From assembly GCA_013151795.1 (NCBI GenBank), contig JAADHQ010000052.1:7565-56982 (forward strand): DNA of 49,418 nt, in the 5' to 3' direction. The notes under the pieces were generated by a model that searched no databases, was not told where the DNA came from, and saw only the letters and a list, made by a program, of their open reading frames with translations. Source of the DNA: Gammaproteobacteria bacterium. GTDB lineage: Bacteria > Pseudomonadota > Gammaproteobacteria > JAADHQ01. Of the stretch, positions 9,051-20,627 are shown piece after piece (position 1 is the first letter of the stretch; each line of letters starts with the position of its first letter). Position numbers and translations under genes: made by a program.

Positions 9051-9401
9051 TTAATCGTACTCGTAGTCTTTTTTCGCCAGCCCTTTAACTTTATCAACAG
9101 GAAAGCGTTTTTCATTGATGATGATTTTATCATTGGAAGATTTAATCAGGTCTATTTCCAGCTTGTCGGCTATCCGGATAAGGAAAATAAGTATGTCAGC
9201 AAGCTCATGACTGACAGCAAGTTTTTTATCAGCATCTAATTTTCGACTTTGGCCTTCAGTAAGCCATTGAAAATGTTCAACAAGCTCTGCAGATTCTGCG
9301 ATAAGTGCCATGGACAGGTTTTTGGGAGAATGAAATTGATCCCAGTCTCTGCGTTTGGCAAATTCAGCGAGTTTTTGACGTAAGTCTTCAAGTGAGTCCA
9401 T
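9051..9401 (-). CDS. MazG-like nucleotide pyrophosphohydrolase
   Basis: 116 aa. FAKRRDWDQFHSPKNLSMALIAESAELVEHFQW is typical of the small MazG/YpjD-type family. Confidence 0.8.
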   Translation of the reverse strand: MDSLEDLRQKLAEFAKRRDWDQFHSPKNLSMALIAESAELVEHFQWLTEGQSRKLDADKKLAVSHELADILIFLIRIADKLEIDLIKSSNDKIIINEKRFPVDKVKGLAKKDYEYD

Positions 9402-9596
9402 TGGGCATTATCTCGTAAATGTATGTAAATTAAACATAACACCCAAACCCTCAAGATCCAATTCATATTAAATAATTATAATCAATGAGTTATGAGCAAT
9501 TCCGGGTTATGAAAATTCAATGCCAGGATCGCTTAATATTTAAGGGTTATGGCCGAAGTATAGTAGGTGAAGAGGGAGTTAAATTAAATTGATTTT

Positions 9597-12341
9597 ATGA
9601 ATATTGAACAAAAAAATACATTTTTTATAGCAACGATGATGGTCATAGTGTTGCTATCTCTAAGTGCAATTGCAATATTTATTATTGATGAGCACGTTCA
9701 TGCCGAAACAGGGGTGCAGCTGGACAGTGTTTATAATTACGGAAAAATTCAACTTGAGCACCAGCGAAAAGAATTATCACGAAGCGCGAGTTATCTATCA
9801 TCGGATGCAAAGTTTAAAAATCTGGCAAAAGAACTCAAGTTGTCAGAGATAAAGCAATACATAAAAGAGAATAAATATTTCCGCGGTAACGATATGGGGT
9901 TGCTTTTTCTGGAGAAAAACGGAATAAAATATTCCGCGGGATATTCACCCCGTGCAGTTTTTAACTCCAGACGAGTTCTTGAGTTGAATGAATACAGGGA
10001 TTTAATCAATAAAGCCAAAGAAAAAAATGGAACAGTGACGGGTTATTTATTTATAGACGAAGAAATAATTAACGCAGTTGCAACGCCAGTTATATCTCAG
10101 GGAAAAGTATTGGGTGTGTACTTACAAGGTATTGTTATACGAGGCGCTGATCTGATAAAAGCTAAAGGAAGAGCCAATATAAATGTTGTATTGTTCAAAT
10201 CGAAAACCCTTAGAACAAACAAAGGACATTCCTTTAATTTAATTGATGTTGTTCAGAATATTGATGCAGGTACATTAAGTAAGACCAATATAAATGGCGA
10301 GTCTTATTTTAGTAAAAGTTATCCGTTGTCTGATCGAGTAGATGGGACATCAGGTTTGTATATGATGCTAAGCATACCGGTAGACGAAAAGATTGCACCA
10401 TATATAGAGAAATTCAAGCATGCAGTTTATGCATCACTGATTATTATATTGATAGCGGTTTTAATTGCGATACAAATAAGTAGATTACATTATTCGAAAC
10501 CGATAAAAGACCTGGTTGCGGCCAGTGGAACAATGGGCGAAGGTGATTTGAATGTAGAAGTTCCGCATCAGGACAGAAAAGATGAATTAGGAAGTTTGTC
10601 CAGATCACTGGAACAGATGCGTTCGAATAATCTCAGAATGAGAGTTGAAGAATCGCAGATAAAAGATCGTGTATCGGATTTTGCAAAGATTTCATCAGAC
10701 TGGTTATGGGAAACTGATGAGCAAGGTAAGTTTAATTACGTGTCACACTCTGTTAGTGAATCCATCGGGTTTTCAGTTGATCAGTTATTGCATAAAAACA
10801 TGAATGATATTTTTATAAATGATAACTTGTCTAATGTATCGGTTATTTTTTCTAATAGTAGTAAAGAGCGCAAGGGGCTTAAAAATGTCGAGGTCTGGTT
10901 AACGACAAAAGAAAGCTACAGGATATGTTTGAGGTTAAATGCAGCGTCATATTATATTGACGGCGTTTACAGTGGCTACCGGGGTACAGCAAGTGATGTT
11001 ACAAAATTAAAAACTGATGAAGAAAGATTACTGCGGCTTGCAAACAAGGATCATTTAACCGGGCTATCAAATCGAGCGCGGTTTATGGAAGATCTCGAGC
11101 GCGAGATGCATATTGCAGAAAGGCAGCAAACGCAGGGAGCATTATTGCTGATTGATCTTGATCATTTTAAATTGGTAAATGATACCGCAGGTCATGCAGC
11201 AGGTGATGAGGTTATAGTACAGATAGCAGGGTTGCTTCGTAAGATGTCACGTTCAGTTGATTTAACTGCACGCTTGAGCGGTGATGAATTTGTAATTGCG
11301 TTTATTAACACTAATATAAATCAGATAAAATCACGAGTTAACGAGATTCTGAAAAAAATAAGTGCATTAAAACCTATGTATAGCGGAAAGATAATGAATA
11401 CGTCCGCAAGTATAGGGGTAACTGTTTTTCCTGATCATGCAGATACTGCCGTAGAGTTATTGGCAAAAGCAGATATGGCCATGTACAAAGCAAAATCAGA
11501 GGGCAGGAATCTTGCGAAGATACATATGCCGGATGATATGCAGCAAGAAAAAATGGGTTCAGATCTTGTTTGGAAAGACAGGGTGCATGAAGCACTTGAA
11601 AGCGAAAAATTTGTATTGGCATTTCAACCTATTCAGCCTACTACAGGTGAAGATCCATCTCGTTTTGAAGTGTTGGTAAGAATGAAAACATCAGGTGATA
11701 GCTTATATTATCCGGGTGATTTTATTCCAACGGCTGAAAAGTTTGGTTTGATCAGAGAACTTGATACCTGGGTAGTGCAGCATGCCTTAAGTTTATTGAG
11801 TAGTCTGCCAGAAGCGTATTCGCATATTTCATTTACGATTAATTTATCCGGGTTATCTGTGGGCGAGCCTGCGATGTTTGATCTTATAAAAAGTGAGCTT
11901 GAAAAATCTAATATAGATCGTTCCCGTGTAATATTTGAAGTGACTGAAAGTGCCGCTTTTCAGGATATAACACGTGCAATAGAGTTTATTGACAAGATAA
12001 AGAAACTGGGGTGCAGAATTGCTCTGGATGATTTTGGCGTCGGGTTTTCATCTTTTTCATATTTAAAACAGCTGCATGCCAATATTCTGAAGATAGACGG
12101 AGGTTTTATACGGGATATAAATAACAGCAAGGAAGATCAGCTATTTGTTAAAGCGCTGGTTGATGTGGCTCGGGGCATGGGCATGATGACCGTTGCTGAA
12201 TTTGTTGAAACAAAAGAAGTCTATGATACTGTTCGTGGCCTGGGCGTAGATTATGTGCAAGGTTATTATATCGGCAAACCTGTTGTAGGCCGGTTTGATG
12301 ATGTTATGTCAATAAAACAAGCTCATAAAGTAGCAAGTTAA
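9597..12341 (+). CDS. Membrane sensor with periplasmic domain-HAMP-PAS-GGDEF-EAL (diguanylate cyclase/phosphodiesterase)
   Basis: Two TM segments flank a ~250 aa periplasmic region. The GGDEF site reads SGDEF and the EAL site reads [12 protein letters not shown] and KIDGGFI motifs are present. Confidence 0.9.
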   Translation: MNIEQKNTFFIATMMVIVLLSLSAIAIFIIDEHVHAETGVQLDSVYNYGKIQLEHQRKELSRSASYLSSDAKFKNLAKELKLSEIKQYIKENKYFRGNDMGLLFLEKNGIKYSAGYSPRAVFNSRRVLELNEYRDLINKAKEKNGTVTGYLFIDEEIINAVATPVISQGKVLGVYLQGIVIRGADLIKAKGRANINVVLFKSKTLRTNKGHSFNLIDVVQNIDAGTLSKTNINGESYFSKSYPLSDRVDGTSGLYMMLSIPVDEKIAPYIEKFKHAVYASLIIILIAVLIAIQISRLHYSKPIKDLVAASGTMGEGDLNVEVPHQDRKDELGSLSRSLEQMRSNNLRMRVEESQIKDRVSDFAKISSDWLWETDEQGKFNYVSHSVSESIGFSVDQLLHKNMNDIFINDNLSNVSVIFSNSSKERKGLKNVEVWLTTKESYRICLRLNAASYYIDGVYSGYRGTASDVTKLKTDEERLLRLANKDHLTGLSNRARFMEDLEREMHIAERQQTQGALLLIDLDHFKLVNDTAGHAAGDEVIVQIAGLLRKMSRSVDLTARLSGDEFVIAFINTNINQIKSRVNEILKKISALKPMYSGKIMNTSASIGVTVFPDHADTAVELLAKADMAMYKAKSEGRNLAKIHMPDDMQQEKMGSDLVWKDRVHEALESEKFVLAFQPIQPTTGEDPSRFEVLVRMKTSGDSLYYPGDFIPTAEKFGLIRELDTWVVQHALSLLSSLPEAYSHISFTINLSGLSVGEPAMFDLIKSELEKSNIDRSRVIFEVTESAAFQDITRAIEFIDKIKKLGCRIALDDFGVGFSSFSYLKQLHANILKIDGGFIRDINNSKEDQLFVKALVDVARGMGMMTVAEFVETKEVYDTVRGLGVDYVQGYYIGKPVVGRFDDVMSIKQAHKVAS

Positions 12342-13729
12342 GTCAGTTTTTCACGTGCTCGATTGATTGCAGAACGTACCTGTTCCGGTGCCGTACCGCC
12401 AATGTGATTTCTTGAAGCGATAGACCCCTCAAGTGTTAATACCTCGAAAACGTCATTTTCAATTTGCATGGAAAATTTTTGTAATTCATCCAGTGACATA
12501 TCAGAAAGGTCTTTGTTTAATTCAACACCGGATTTTACCGCCAGACCCACAACTTCATGTGCATCACGGAAAGGCAAGCCTTTACGAACGAGGTAGTCAG
12601 CAAGGTCGGTAGCAGTAGAAAATCCACTGTGAGCAGCTTTATACATGTTGTCATTTTTTGTTTCAATTGCGGGGACCATATCAGCAAAGCTGCGTACGCA
12701 GTCCATGACAGTGTCTACTGTATCAAACAAGGGTTCCTTGTCTTCCTGGTTGTCTTTATTGTAGGCCAGAGGTTGTCCCTTCATTAACGTTAATAATGAG
12801 ATCAGGTTACCATTTACTCTTCCTACCTTGCCCCGTACAAGTTCAGGTACATCCGGGTTTTTTTTCTGTGGCATGATTGATGAACCTGTGCAGAAACGAT
12901 CAGGAAGATTAATAAAGTCAAACTGAGCTGATGCCCACAGGATCAATTCCTCAGAAAAGCGGGAAAGATGTGTTAGTAGTAACGATGCAGCAGCATTAAA
13001 TTCAATAGCAAAATCACGGTCGCTGACTGAGTCCAGTGAGTTTTCTGAAGGCCGCGTGAACCCCAGTTGCTCTGCAGTGTAAAAACGATCAATCGGATAA
13101 CTTGTGCCAGCAAGTGCTGCTGACCCAAGCGGAGAAACATTCATGCGTTGCTGGCAATCAAGAAACCTGCCTTGATCGCGTACCAGCATTTCAAACCATG
13201 CCATCATATGATGGCCAAAGCTGATGGGTTGCGCGACTTGTAGATGGGTAAAACCAGGCATGATGGTATCTGCCTCGGCTTCTGCAAGGTTGAGTAAAGC
13301 TGTTTGCAGACGTGTCAGTTCTGATTTGATGTGGTCGATGGCATCACGAAGATATAAACGGATGTCAGTAGCAACCTGATCATTTCGTGACCGCCCGGTA
13401 TGCAGTTTTTTTCCGGCGGCACCAATTTTGGCAGTGAGTCGTGCTTCAATATTCATGTGCACGTCTTCAAGCTCTACTGACCAGGCGAAATTGCCTGACT
13501 CGATATCGATCTGTATGTCTTCAAGCCCCTGTAATATTTGATCACGATCAGTTTTTGTCAGGATGCCGCATTTTTCAAGCATGCGTGCATGGGCTTTTGA
13601 GCCAGCGATATCGTATGCATATAAGCGCTTGTCGAAATTAACAGAAGCGGTAAATTTTTCAACAAAGGCATCGGTAGGCTCAGTGAAACGACCCTTCCAG
13701 AGTTTATCTTTACTATTATCCTTGCTCAT
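12338..13729 (-). CDS. argH: Argininosuccinate lyase
   Basis: 463 aa with the [12 protein letters not shown] fumarate-lyase signature and full-length collinearity with ArgH. Confidence 0.95.
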   Translation of the reverse strand: MSKDNSKDKLWKGRFTEPTDAFVEKFTASVNFDKRLYAYDIAGSKAHARMLEKCGILTKTDRDQILQGLEDIQIDIESGNFAWSVELEDVHMNIEARLTAKIGAAGKKLHTGRSRNDQVATDIRLYLRDAIDHIKSELTRLQTALLNLAEAEADTIMPGFTHLQVAQPISFGHHMMAWFEMLVRDQGRFLDCQQRMNVSPLGSAALAGTSYPIDRFYTAEQLGFTRPSENSLDSVSDRDFAIEFNAAASLLLTHLSRFSEELILWASAQFDFINLPDRFCTGSSIMPQKKNPDVPELVRGKVGRVNGNLISLLTLMKGQPLAYNKDNQEDKEPLFDTVDTVMDCVRSFADMVPAIETKNDNMYKAAHSGFSTATDLADYLVRKGLPFRDAHEVVGLAVKSGVELNKDLSDMSLDELQKFSMQIENDVFEVLTLEGSIASRNHIGGTAPEQVRSAINRAREKLT

Positions 13730-13884
13730 TTTCTGGAATCCTGATTAAGACTGATATATCAGGAGTATATCAGAAAGTCAGATCATGCTGCTACGGGGTA
13801 GCGATCTGCGTAAAAAAGAGTAATCTATAGTCTGTTAATGGATAGAGACCGTGTGAATCAGGAAACATTATAGATAATCATAAT

Positions 13885-14940
13885 ATGGAACAGGAACGCT
13901 CAAAAGAGTTATTAGATGAAACGATATTTTTACCTGACTTCTGTGGCATCAGGATGGTTTTTACGGTTGTTATGGTTGCTGAGTTACTGGCGTTCGCAAT
14001 TTTATTAACCACCTCAATTGAACATTCATTGAGTTGGGACAAGCTAGGCATGCTGTCATTGTTTATTCAATGGATAGCATTAAGCAGTATTGCTATTTTA
14101 TGTATTTCCAGAAAATGGCTGGTCAGATTGAATGATACGCTGGCAGGTTACCTTAGTTATCTGATTGTGCTGCTGGTTACGCTTGTTGTAAGTGAGATGG
14201 CATACCGGGTTATGGTTTACACGGGTCTGATGCAAGACCTGAATAGTCACATGGATTTTGTATTACGCAATTTAGGGATCAGCGCTATTTTAAGCGCCAT
14301 TATCCTGCGTGTTATCTACCTGCAGTATCAACAGAAAATGCATATACAGGCTCACGCGAATGCACGTATACAAGCACTGCAAGCACGGATAAGGCCTCAT
14401 TTTTTGTTTAACAGTATGAATACCATTGCTGCATTGATCCGGTCGCAACCTGAAAATGCAGAAGCGGCTGTTGAGGATCTGTCAGACCTGTTTCGTGCAA
14501 GCCTTGATAGTGGGCAACAAATGGTTAGCCTTACCGATGAGGTTGAAATAGCTCGCCGATATATTCACATAGAACAATTGAGGTTAGGTGATCGATTGAC
14601 AGTAACATGGGATCTGGATGCAATACCTGATAATGCTGTTTTACCCGTGCTGACGTTACAGCCATTACTTGAAAATGCGATATATCATGGCATTGAAAAA
14701 ATACCGGGCGGCGGTGAGATCAGGGTGCTTGGGGAATGTCAGGGCGACTGGATAAATATTTTCATTACCAATCCTTGTCTGTCACCAGGAATGGCCGGGC
14801 AGTCACAGGGGAATAAAATGGCGTTCAGGAATATTGATGAGCGTTTGCAGATTGCATACGGAAAACAGGCAGGCTTGAAAATTGTGCGTGAGACGGAACA
14901 CTGTCAGGTTAATATTGTGTTCCCTTGTCAGGAAAAATAA
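13885..14940 (+). CDS. algZ: LytS/AlgZ(FimS)-type sensor histidine kinase
   Basis: Multi-TM N-terminus, RPHFLFNSMNTIAALI His-kinase box and an ATPase domain. The argH-algZ-algR-hemC order matches Pseudomonas. Confidence 0.75.
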   Translation: MEQERSKELLDETIFLPDFCGIRMVFTVVMVAELLAFAILLTTSIEHSLSWDKLGMLSLFIQWIALSSIAILCISRKWLVRLNDTLAGYLSYLIVLLVTLVVSEMAYRVMVYTGLMQDLNSHMDFVLRNLGISAILSAIILRVIYLQYQQKMHIQAHANARIQALQARIRPHFLFNSMNTIAALIRSQPENAEAAVEDLSDLFRASLDSGQQMVSLTDEVEIARRYIHIEQLRLGDRLTVTWDLDAIPDNAVLPVLTLQPLLENAIYHGIEKIPGGGEIRVLGECQGDWINIFITNPCLSPGMAGQSQGNKMAFRNIDERLQIAYGKQAGLKIVRETEHCQVNIVFPCQEK

Positions 14941-15671
14941 TGAATATCCTTATTACGGATGACGAGGCTTTAGCAAGAGAAAGGTTGCGTTTGCTGGTTG
15001 AATCATTAGGCCATACAGTTTCAGGTGAGGCATCACATGGCGAACAGGCATTGCAGATGTGCGAGACCTTAAGCCCGGATATAATATTACTTGATATAAG
15101 AATGCCCGGTATGGATGGCCTTGAAACAGCAAGGCACCTGATGGTATTAGAGAATCCACCCGCCGTTATATTTATTACCGCGTTTGATCAGCACGCCTTG
15201 CAGGCATTTGAAATAAATGCGTTAGATTACCTGTTAAAACCGGTGAGAAAAGAACGCCTGGAAGATGCTTTAAACAAGGCTGGCAGGCTGAACCGTGTTC
15301 AGTTGGCAAAAGTAAGTGATGATCAGCAGCAGGTAAGGTCACATATTTGTACGCGTTCACGTAATCGATTATGTCTTGTCCCTGTTCATAAAATTATTTT
15401 TTTTATGGCGGATCAAAAGTACATCAGTGTATTTTCAGAGGACGGAGAGGTGTTGATTGAAGAGTCATTAAAATCGCTGGAAGAAGAATTTCAGGAGAAA
15501 TTCATTCGTATTCATCGTAATGCTCTTGTGGCAAAGGATTATATTCTATCTATGGAAAAAGCCGTAACTGGTGGGCAATCGCTTATTATGAAGGCTACAG
15601 ATAAAACGCTGGAAGTAAGCCGTCGGCATGTGCCTGCTGTACGCAAGATTATTAAAGGGGTTGGTGGTTAA
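14940..15671 (+). CDS. algR: LytTR-family response regulator
   Basis: ATG at 14940 overlaps the kinase stop (TAATG). Receiver domain (ILITDDE...LLDIRMPGMDG) plus a C-terminal LytTR domain. Confidence 0.8.
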   Translation: MNILITDDEALARERLRLLVESLGHTVSGEASHGEQALQMCETLSPDIILLDIRMPGMDGLETARHLMVLENPPAVIFITAFDQHALQAFEINALDYLLKPVRKERLEDALNKAGRLNRVQLAKVSDDQQQVRSHICTRSRNRLCLVPVHKIIFFMADQKYISVFSEDGEVLIEESLKSLEEEFQEKFIRIHRNALVAKDYILSMEKAVTGGQSLIMKATDKTLEVSRRHVPAVRKIIKGVGG

Positions 15672-15715
15672 TTAAATAACGCGTTGACGTTTTTTTATGA
15701 TTGATGGTCTTGTTG

Positions 15716-16246
15716 TTATGGATTTATTCGTATCTGGTTTCTGGCAATGGTTTTGTTATTTAGTTTAGCCAGAGAAATATCAATGGCATCATCAACGCGG
15801 CCACCAAATAATTCCACGGTATTGATACCTAAAATACGCTGATGTAATTCATTACCTTTTGAATCAAGAAACAACATGGTAGGGGTGAGCTGGGCATTGT
15901 ATTTATATGCGAAGTCACTGGTACTGATTTCCTCACCATTAAAATCGAGAATATCTTGTTCATCATCTATATTTATTTTATAAATTAATGTGAGTTTGGT
16001 GTAGTCCCCGCTAAAGATCATGGGCTTTAGAATTTCTTTTTCCAGTAACACGCAGTATGGACAATCTTCCGCAGTGAAGACAAGAATGATAGGGATATTT
16101 TTATTGCGCGCAATCTGACCAATTTTGGCCATGTCACTAACCACAGGCACACGTGCTGATGATGAGTGGTTAGGTGTTGCAGCGGTGACGGCATTAAAGC
16201 TAAATATTGATGCTATCAGTGTTAATAGTATGAATGTTTGTTTCAT
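15716..16246 (-). CDS. Exported thioredoxin-fold protein (CPYC)
   Basis: Signal peptide and a FTAEDCPYCVLLE CxxC motif. The ORF-track start at 16252 is TTG, so ATG at 16246 is preferred. Confidence 0.65.
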   Translation of the reverse strand: MKQTFILLTLIASIFSFNAVTAATPNHSSSARVPVVSDMAKIGQIARNKNIPIILVFTAEDCPYCVLLEKEILKPMIFSGDYTKLTLIYKINIDDEQDILDFNGEEISTSDFAYKYNAQLTPTMLFLDSKGNELHQRILGINTVELFGGRVDDAIDISLAKLNNKTIARNQIRINP

Positions 16247-16432
16247 AATCAAACCGGTAGTTAATCTCTATATAATATTAAGACTGCTAATGATGTAGCA
16301 AGTTCATCATAAGGTCAGTTAATCAGGATGATATTTTGGCATAATTTAGTGACTGATGCATCGTGAATGTACCTCATGCTATGGTATAATTTTATAACGT
16401 ATTGGTTTTGTTGATAAAGCACAGGAATTTTC

Positions 16433-17368
16433 ATGACAATTGAATGTATTAGAATTGCGACACGAAAAAGTCAATTAGCCTTATGGCAGGCAGAATTTGT
16501 TGCTAAAAATCTGAAGGAATGTCACCCCGGGCTTGAAGTTGAGCTGGTTACCATGACAACAATGGGAGACCGTGTACTGGACTCTCCGCTGGCAAAAATA
16601 GGTGGTAAGGGGTTGTTTGTAAAGGAATTAGAGCAAAGTATGCTACGCAACGAAAGTGATATTGCAGTGCATTCGATGAAAGACGTTCCCGTTGAGTTGC
16701 CAGAAGGGTTACATATATTAACGATTCTGGAGCGTGAAGACCCAAGCGATGCTTTTGTGTCCAATGATTTCAAATGTCTGGATGATTTGCCGGAAGGAGC
16801 AGTGGTTGGAACATCCAGTTTACGCCGTCGCTGCCAGCTGGCCGAGATCAGACCTGATCTGGTCATAAAAGACCTGCGAGGTAATGTAAATACCAGGCTG
16901 GCGAAGCTGGACCAGGGAGATTATCAAGCGATTATTCTTGCCAGTGCCGGTCTGCGAAGGCTTGAAATGCCAGAACGTATACGTGAGTCACTAGCAGCAA
17001 ATGTCATGTTGCCAGCGATCGCACAAGGTGCAATAGGGATTGAATGTCGGCAAGGTGATACGGAGATTGAAACATTACTTGCACCATTAAATCACCCGGA
17101 GACAAATACCCGGGTATTGGCAGAACGTTCGATGAATGCTCGACTGAATGGTGGCTGCCAGGTACCCATTGGTGGATTCGCTGAAATAGAAAAGGACGTG
17201 ATTATTGTTCGTGGCCTGGTTGGGCGTCCGGATGGCAGTGAAATGGTGCATGGCGTGATCAGTGGTCGCCCTGAAGATGCAGCAGAGCTAGGTGATGTAT
17301 TAGGGCAGGATTTATTGTCACGCGGTGCAGCTGAGATTCTGCAGGAATTATACGAATCGCAAGATTAA
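16433..17368 (+). CDS. hemC: Porphobilinogen deaminase (hydroxymethylbilane synthase)
   Basis: 311 aa. [18 protein letters not shown]...[16 protein letters not shown] and GTSSLRR motifs. Confidence 0.95.
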   Translation: MTIECIRIATRKSQLALWQAEFVAKNLKECHPGLEVELVTMTTMGDRVLDSPLAKIGGKGLFVKELEQSMLRNESDIAVHSMKDVPVELPEGLHILTILEREDPSDAFVSNDFKCLDDLPEGAVVGTSSLRRRCQLAEIRPDLVIKDLRGNVNTRLAKLDQGDYQAIILASAGLRRLEMPERIRESLAANVMLPAIAQGAIGIECRQGDTEIETLLAPLNHPETNTRVLAERSMNARLNGGCQVPIGGFAEIEKDVIIVRGLVGRPDGSEMVHGVISGRPEDAAELGDVLGQDLLSRGAAEILQELYESQD

Positions 17369-18173
17369 AATACAGGAACTACACATCGACACCCAGCAAC
17401 TAAAAGGTTTCTCGATACTGGTGACGCGACCTGCATCACAAGCCGGGCCGCTGTGTAATGCTATTTCTGAAAATGGCGGGCAGGTAGTCAGTTTTCCTGT
17501 GACAGAAATCCAGCCCATTCCCGTTTCTGTCGAATCTGAACAAATTCTTAAATGCTTTGAGCAGATAGACATGGTCATATTCATCAGTGTTAACGCTGTT
17601 CAATATGGAGCATCTGTCACACGTCTTTTAAAAAGTAATCCTTGTAGAACTAAAATAGCCGCAATAGGGCAGGCAACAGCTAATGCGTTGGAAGCGTTAA
17701 ACCTGAAAGTTGATATAAAACCGGAGTCGCCTTTTAACAGTGAGTCTCTTTTGAATCTGGATTGCATGAAAAATGTCAAAGAGAAAAATATATTAATTAT
17801 CAAGGGAGAGGGTGGGCGAACATACCTGGCTGAGCAGCTCACTAAAAGATCTGCCCGGGTCAGATTTCTGGATGCTTATAAACGTATTACCCCTAATAGC
17901 AGTGCAGAGTCAGTGATAAAACAATGGCATGATGGCGAGATTAATGTCGTTACCTCCTTTAGCGTAGAGGCACTGGATAATTTATCAGCTATGCTTGGAG
18001 AGCCGGGTAAATCATTATTAAATAAAACGCCGCATATTGTAATAAGTAAAAGAATGTTTGATCATTTAAAAAATACAGGTATTACCGCTCCGGTAATGAT
18101 AGCGGATGAGGCCAGTGATAAAGCAGTTGTGGATGCATTGATCAGATTAAAAAATACCGCAACCAGAGGTTGA
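17325..18173 (+). CDS. hemD: Uroporphyrinogen-III synthase (start codon uncertain)
   Basis: ILVTRP core motif and position between hemC and hemX. No in-frame ATG precedes the core. The GTG at 17325 overlaps hemC by 44 nt. Confidence 0.75.
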   Translation: MQLRFCRNYTNRKIKIQELHIDTQQLKGFSILVTRPASQAGPLCNAISENGGQVVSFPVTEIQPIPVSVESEQILKCFEQIDMVIFISVNAVQYGASVTRLLKSNPCRTKIAAIGQATANALEALNLKVDIKPESPFNSESLLNLDCMKNVKEKNILIIKGEGGRTYLAEQLTKRSARVRFLDAYKRITPNSSAESVIKQWHDGEINVVTSFSVEALDNLSAMLGEPGKSLLNKTPHIVISKRMFDHLKNTGITAPVMIADEASDKAVVDALIRLKNTATRG

Positions 18174-18175
18174 GC

Positions 18176-19297
18176 ATGACTGAAGAACAGAAAGAAACAG
18201 ATGAGCGGGTAGCGCAAGAGCTGGAAGTGGATAATACGGCAGATGATATTGCGCCGGATAGTCCTGTCCCGGAGGAAAAAACAGAAGTTAGTCAGGATAC
18301 GACTGTGGTCTCTGCCAGTTATAAAATTATCTTATTGATAGTTGTCCTGCTATCTGGCGCAGCACTTGCTGCAAGTTATATGTTGTGGATGCAGATGAAA
18401 AAAAGCAACGCTGATTTGTCGTTGCAAACAGACAAACAGATAAAGCAATATTTGCAGGTAGTCGAAGATGCTCAAGAGAGAAAAAGTCAGCAGGTAACCA
18501 TAGCGATTAATGAAAACCGGAACAGTAATCAACAAATACGGAAGATGCTTGAGTCGATACGAAAGGTAATAGACGAACAGTCAAAGGGTGATATTAAACT
18601 TGTTCAGGCAGAGTCAGTTTTAAGGTTTGCGAAAATACGATATGAGACATTGCATGATCTTTCAACGACAATAATTGCACTGGAATTGTCATTAGAGTTG
18701 CTGAAGGATTTTACAAATCCTGTCATCGCAGGGATCAAAAATCAGGTTTCACTTGAGCTTCAGTCAGTTAAAGATCTGGTAGTGCCGGATATTTCTTCAG
18801 AGTTGATTAATCTGGATGTTCTGGTTAAAAGTATTGATAGTCTGCCACTCCTGTCTGCAACGGTCAGGGATTTGAGTGCTCAATCAAGTGACCCAGATGT
18901 TAAAGATGTAGCAGAAAAGAGTTTAGGAGAAAAATTCAAGGGGATGTTAAAGGCCTTGCAGCCACTGGTTACCGTGCGCAGAACAAAAGGAGCAACAGTT
19001 CCAATGCTTGGTGCAGAGGAAGAAAGACTGGTAAGGCTTATACTAAAGAGTCGCTATGAGCAAATAAGACAAGCCTTGATAAACAAGGATAGTACTTTAT
19101 TGAGATCCGGAGTTAGTTCAATTCAACAGTGGTTGTCAAAATATTTTGATGCGGATAAAGAAGTAGTTAAAGATGCCCTGGCGCGGCTGGAGCAATGGGG
19201 GAATATGGACTTGGATATAAATTACCCATCTATTGGCCTTTCTTTACAACAATTGATTGATTTACGTGCGCAAGGGCAGTTGCAAACAACGCCATGA
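18176..19297 (+). CDS. hemX: HemX-family membrane protein
   Basis: Acidic N-terminus, one TM and a coiled-coil periplasmic part. hemCDXY synteny. ATG at 18176 lies 6 nt after GAGG; the track start at 18170 is TTG. Confidence 0.7.
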   Translation: MTEEQKETDERVAQELEVDNTADDIAPDSPVPEEKTEVSQDTTVVSASYKIILLIVVLLSGAALAASYMLWMQMKKSNADLSLQTDKQIKQYLQVVEDAQERKSQQVTIAINENRNSNQQIRKMLESIRKVIDEQSKGDIKLVQAESVLRFAKIRYETLHDLSTTIIALELSLELLKDFTNPVIAGIKNQVSLELQSVKDLVVPDISSELINLDVLVKSIDSLPLLSATVRDLSAQSSDPDVKDVAEKSLGEKFKGMLKALQPLVTVRRTKGATVPMLGAEEERLVRLILKSRYEQIRQALINKDSTLLRSGVSSIQQWLSKYFDADKEVVKDALARLEQWGNMDLDINYPSIGLSLQQLIDLRAQGQLQTTP

Positions 19298-20544
19298 TTA
19301 AATTTTTATTTATATTGATACTGGTTCTGGTGGTTGCTGTCAGTGGAACACTGGTTTTATTGGAAGATCCTGGTTACGTCTTGTTTAGTTATGCTGACAC
19401 TACTATTGAAACAACAGTTTCAATGTTAATTATTATATTTGTGTCTGTCGTTATTGCCTGGATTATATTTATTCGGATAATAAAATTAACCGTGTTTTTA
19501 CCTGACCACATGTATGCCCTGGGGCAGCGCCGAAGACAGGAGCGTATCAGGAAATATTTCCATCAGGGTTTGTGTGCTTTGGCCGAGGGTCGCTGGAAAA
19601 AGGCTGAAAAGCTATTAATGACATCAGCTAAAAATGACAAGCTGCCATGGTTAAGCTATCTTGCTGCTGCACGCGCAGCGCAACACATGGGGTCGAATGA
19701 AAAGCGTGATTATTATTTACAGCTTGCAGTAAAAAGTGATAGTGACGCAGAATTTGCTACAGAATTAACACAGGCCGAATTACAGCTTGCACGTGGACAG
19801 CAAGAGCTTGCATTGGCTTCACTTAATCAGTTGGTAGAAAAAGATCCAAATAATGCCTTTATTATGGAGATGCTGTTAACGGTTTATCAGCAACTGGGTG
19901 AATGGTCAATGCTGAAAGAAAGACTCCCTGAATTTACAAAGCTGGGTATTATTAATGAAGACCAGGCAGATAAACTGGAGCTAGAGGCGTTGTTGTTTAT
20001 AACGCGGAATAATGTGAAACAGGACGGTGTGACAGGCTTGATTTCAAACTGGGAATCGTTAACCAGGAAACAGAAAAATAATGAAGTGCTGGTACATGAA
20101 TATGCAAAACAGTTTCTTTTACTAAAGGAAGATGATAAAGCAGAGCAGTTATTAAGGGATGCGATTAAACACAACTGGAATACAGGCCTGGTATATTTAT
20201 ATGGCCGTGTTAAAAGCGGGAATCCGGAGCAGCAACTTAAGCTGGCAGAGAGCTGGGTGAAATCGTACAGTGACGATGCAGTGGTTAATCTTAGTTTAGG
20301 CCGTATATGTATGCATAATCGTCTTTGGGGTAAAGCGCGTATTTATCTTGAAAAAAGTAATGAGCTGGGAGTAAGGGCTGAAACCTATTTTGAGTTAGGT
20401 GTATTACTTGAATTTCTTGAAGACAATGAGGCATCAATGTTGTGTTATCGAAATGGTCTGAAGCTTGCGGTGAATGATATAAATGTACAGGTGCAGGATT
20501 TCAGTAAAGATTCTGCAGGTGATGTTACGAATGGAATAAATTAA
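19294..20544 (+). CDS. hemY: HemY-family TPR membrane protein
   Basis: ATGA overlap with hemX. Two N-terminal TM segments followed by TPR-like repeats. Supported by synteny. Confidence 0.75.
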   Translation: MIKFLFILILVLVVAVSGTLVLLEDPGYVLFSYADTTIETTVSMLIIIFVSVVIAWIIFIRIIKLTVFLPDHMYALGQRRRQERIRKYFHQGLCALAEGRWKKAEKLLMTSAKNDKLPWLSYLAAARAAQHMGSNEKRDYYLQLAVKSDSDAEFATELTQAELQLARGQQELALASLNQLVEKDPNNAFIMEMLLTVYQQLGEWSMLKERLPEFTKLGIINEDQADKLELEALLFITRNNVKQDGVTGLISNWESLTRKQKNNEVLVHEYAKQFLLLKEDDKAEQLLRDAIKHNWNTGLVYLYGRVKSGNPEQQLKLAESWVKSYSDDAVVNLSLGRICMHNRLWGKARIYLEKSNELGVRAETYFELGVLLEFLEDNEASMLCYRNGLKLAVNDINVQVQDFSKDSAGDVTNGIN

Positions 20545-20627
20545 TCTGATGTTGCCGGTTTTTTTATTCAGAGCAGTAAGTTATCTATGTTGAATATATT
20601 TTACGATAAAAATATTATGAGTTAATA

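Noticed and set aside
13751-13762. Palindrome CTGATATATCAG upstream of argH as a possible ARG box
   Set aside because: It does not fit the ArgR box consensus (TnTGAATwwwwATTCAnw). Short AT palindromes are expected by chance in AT-rich DNA.
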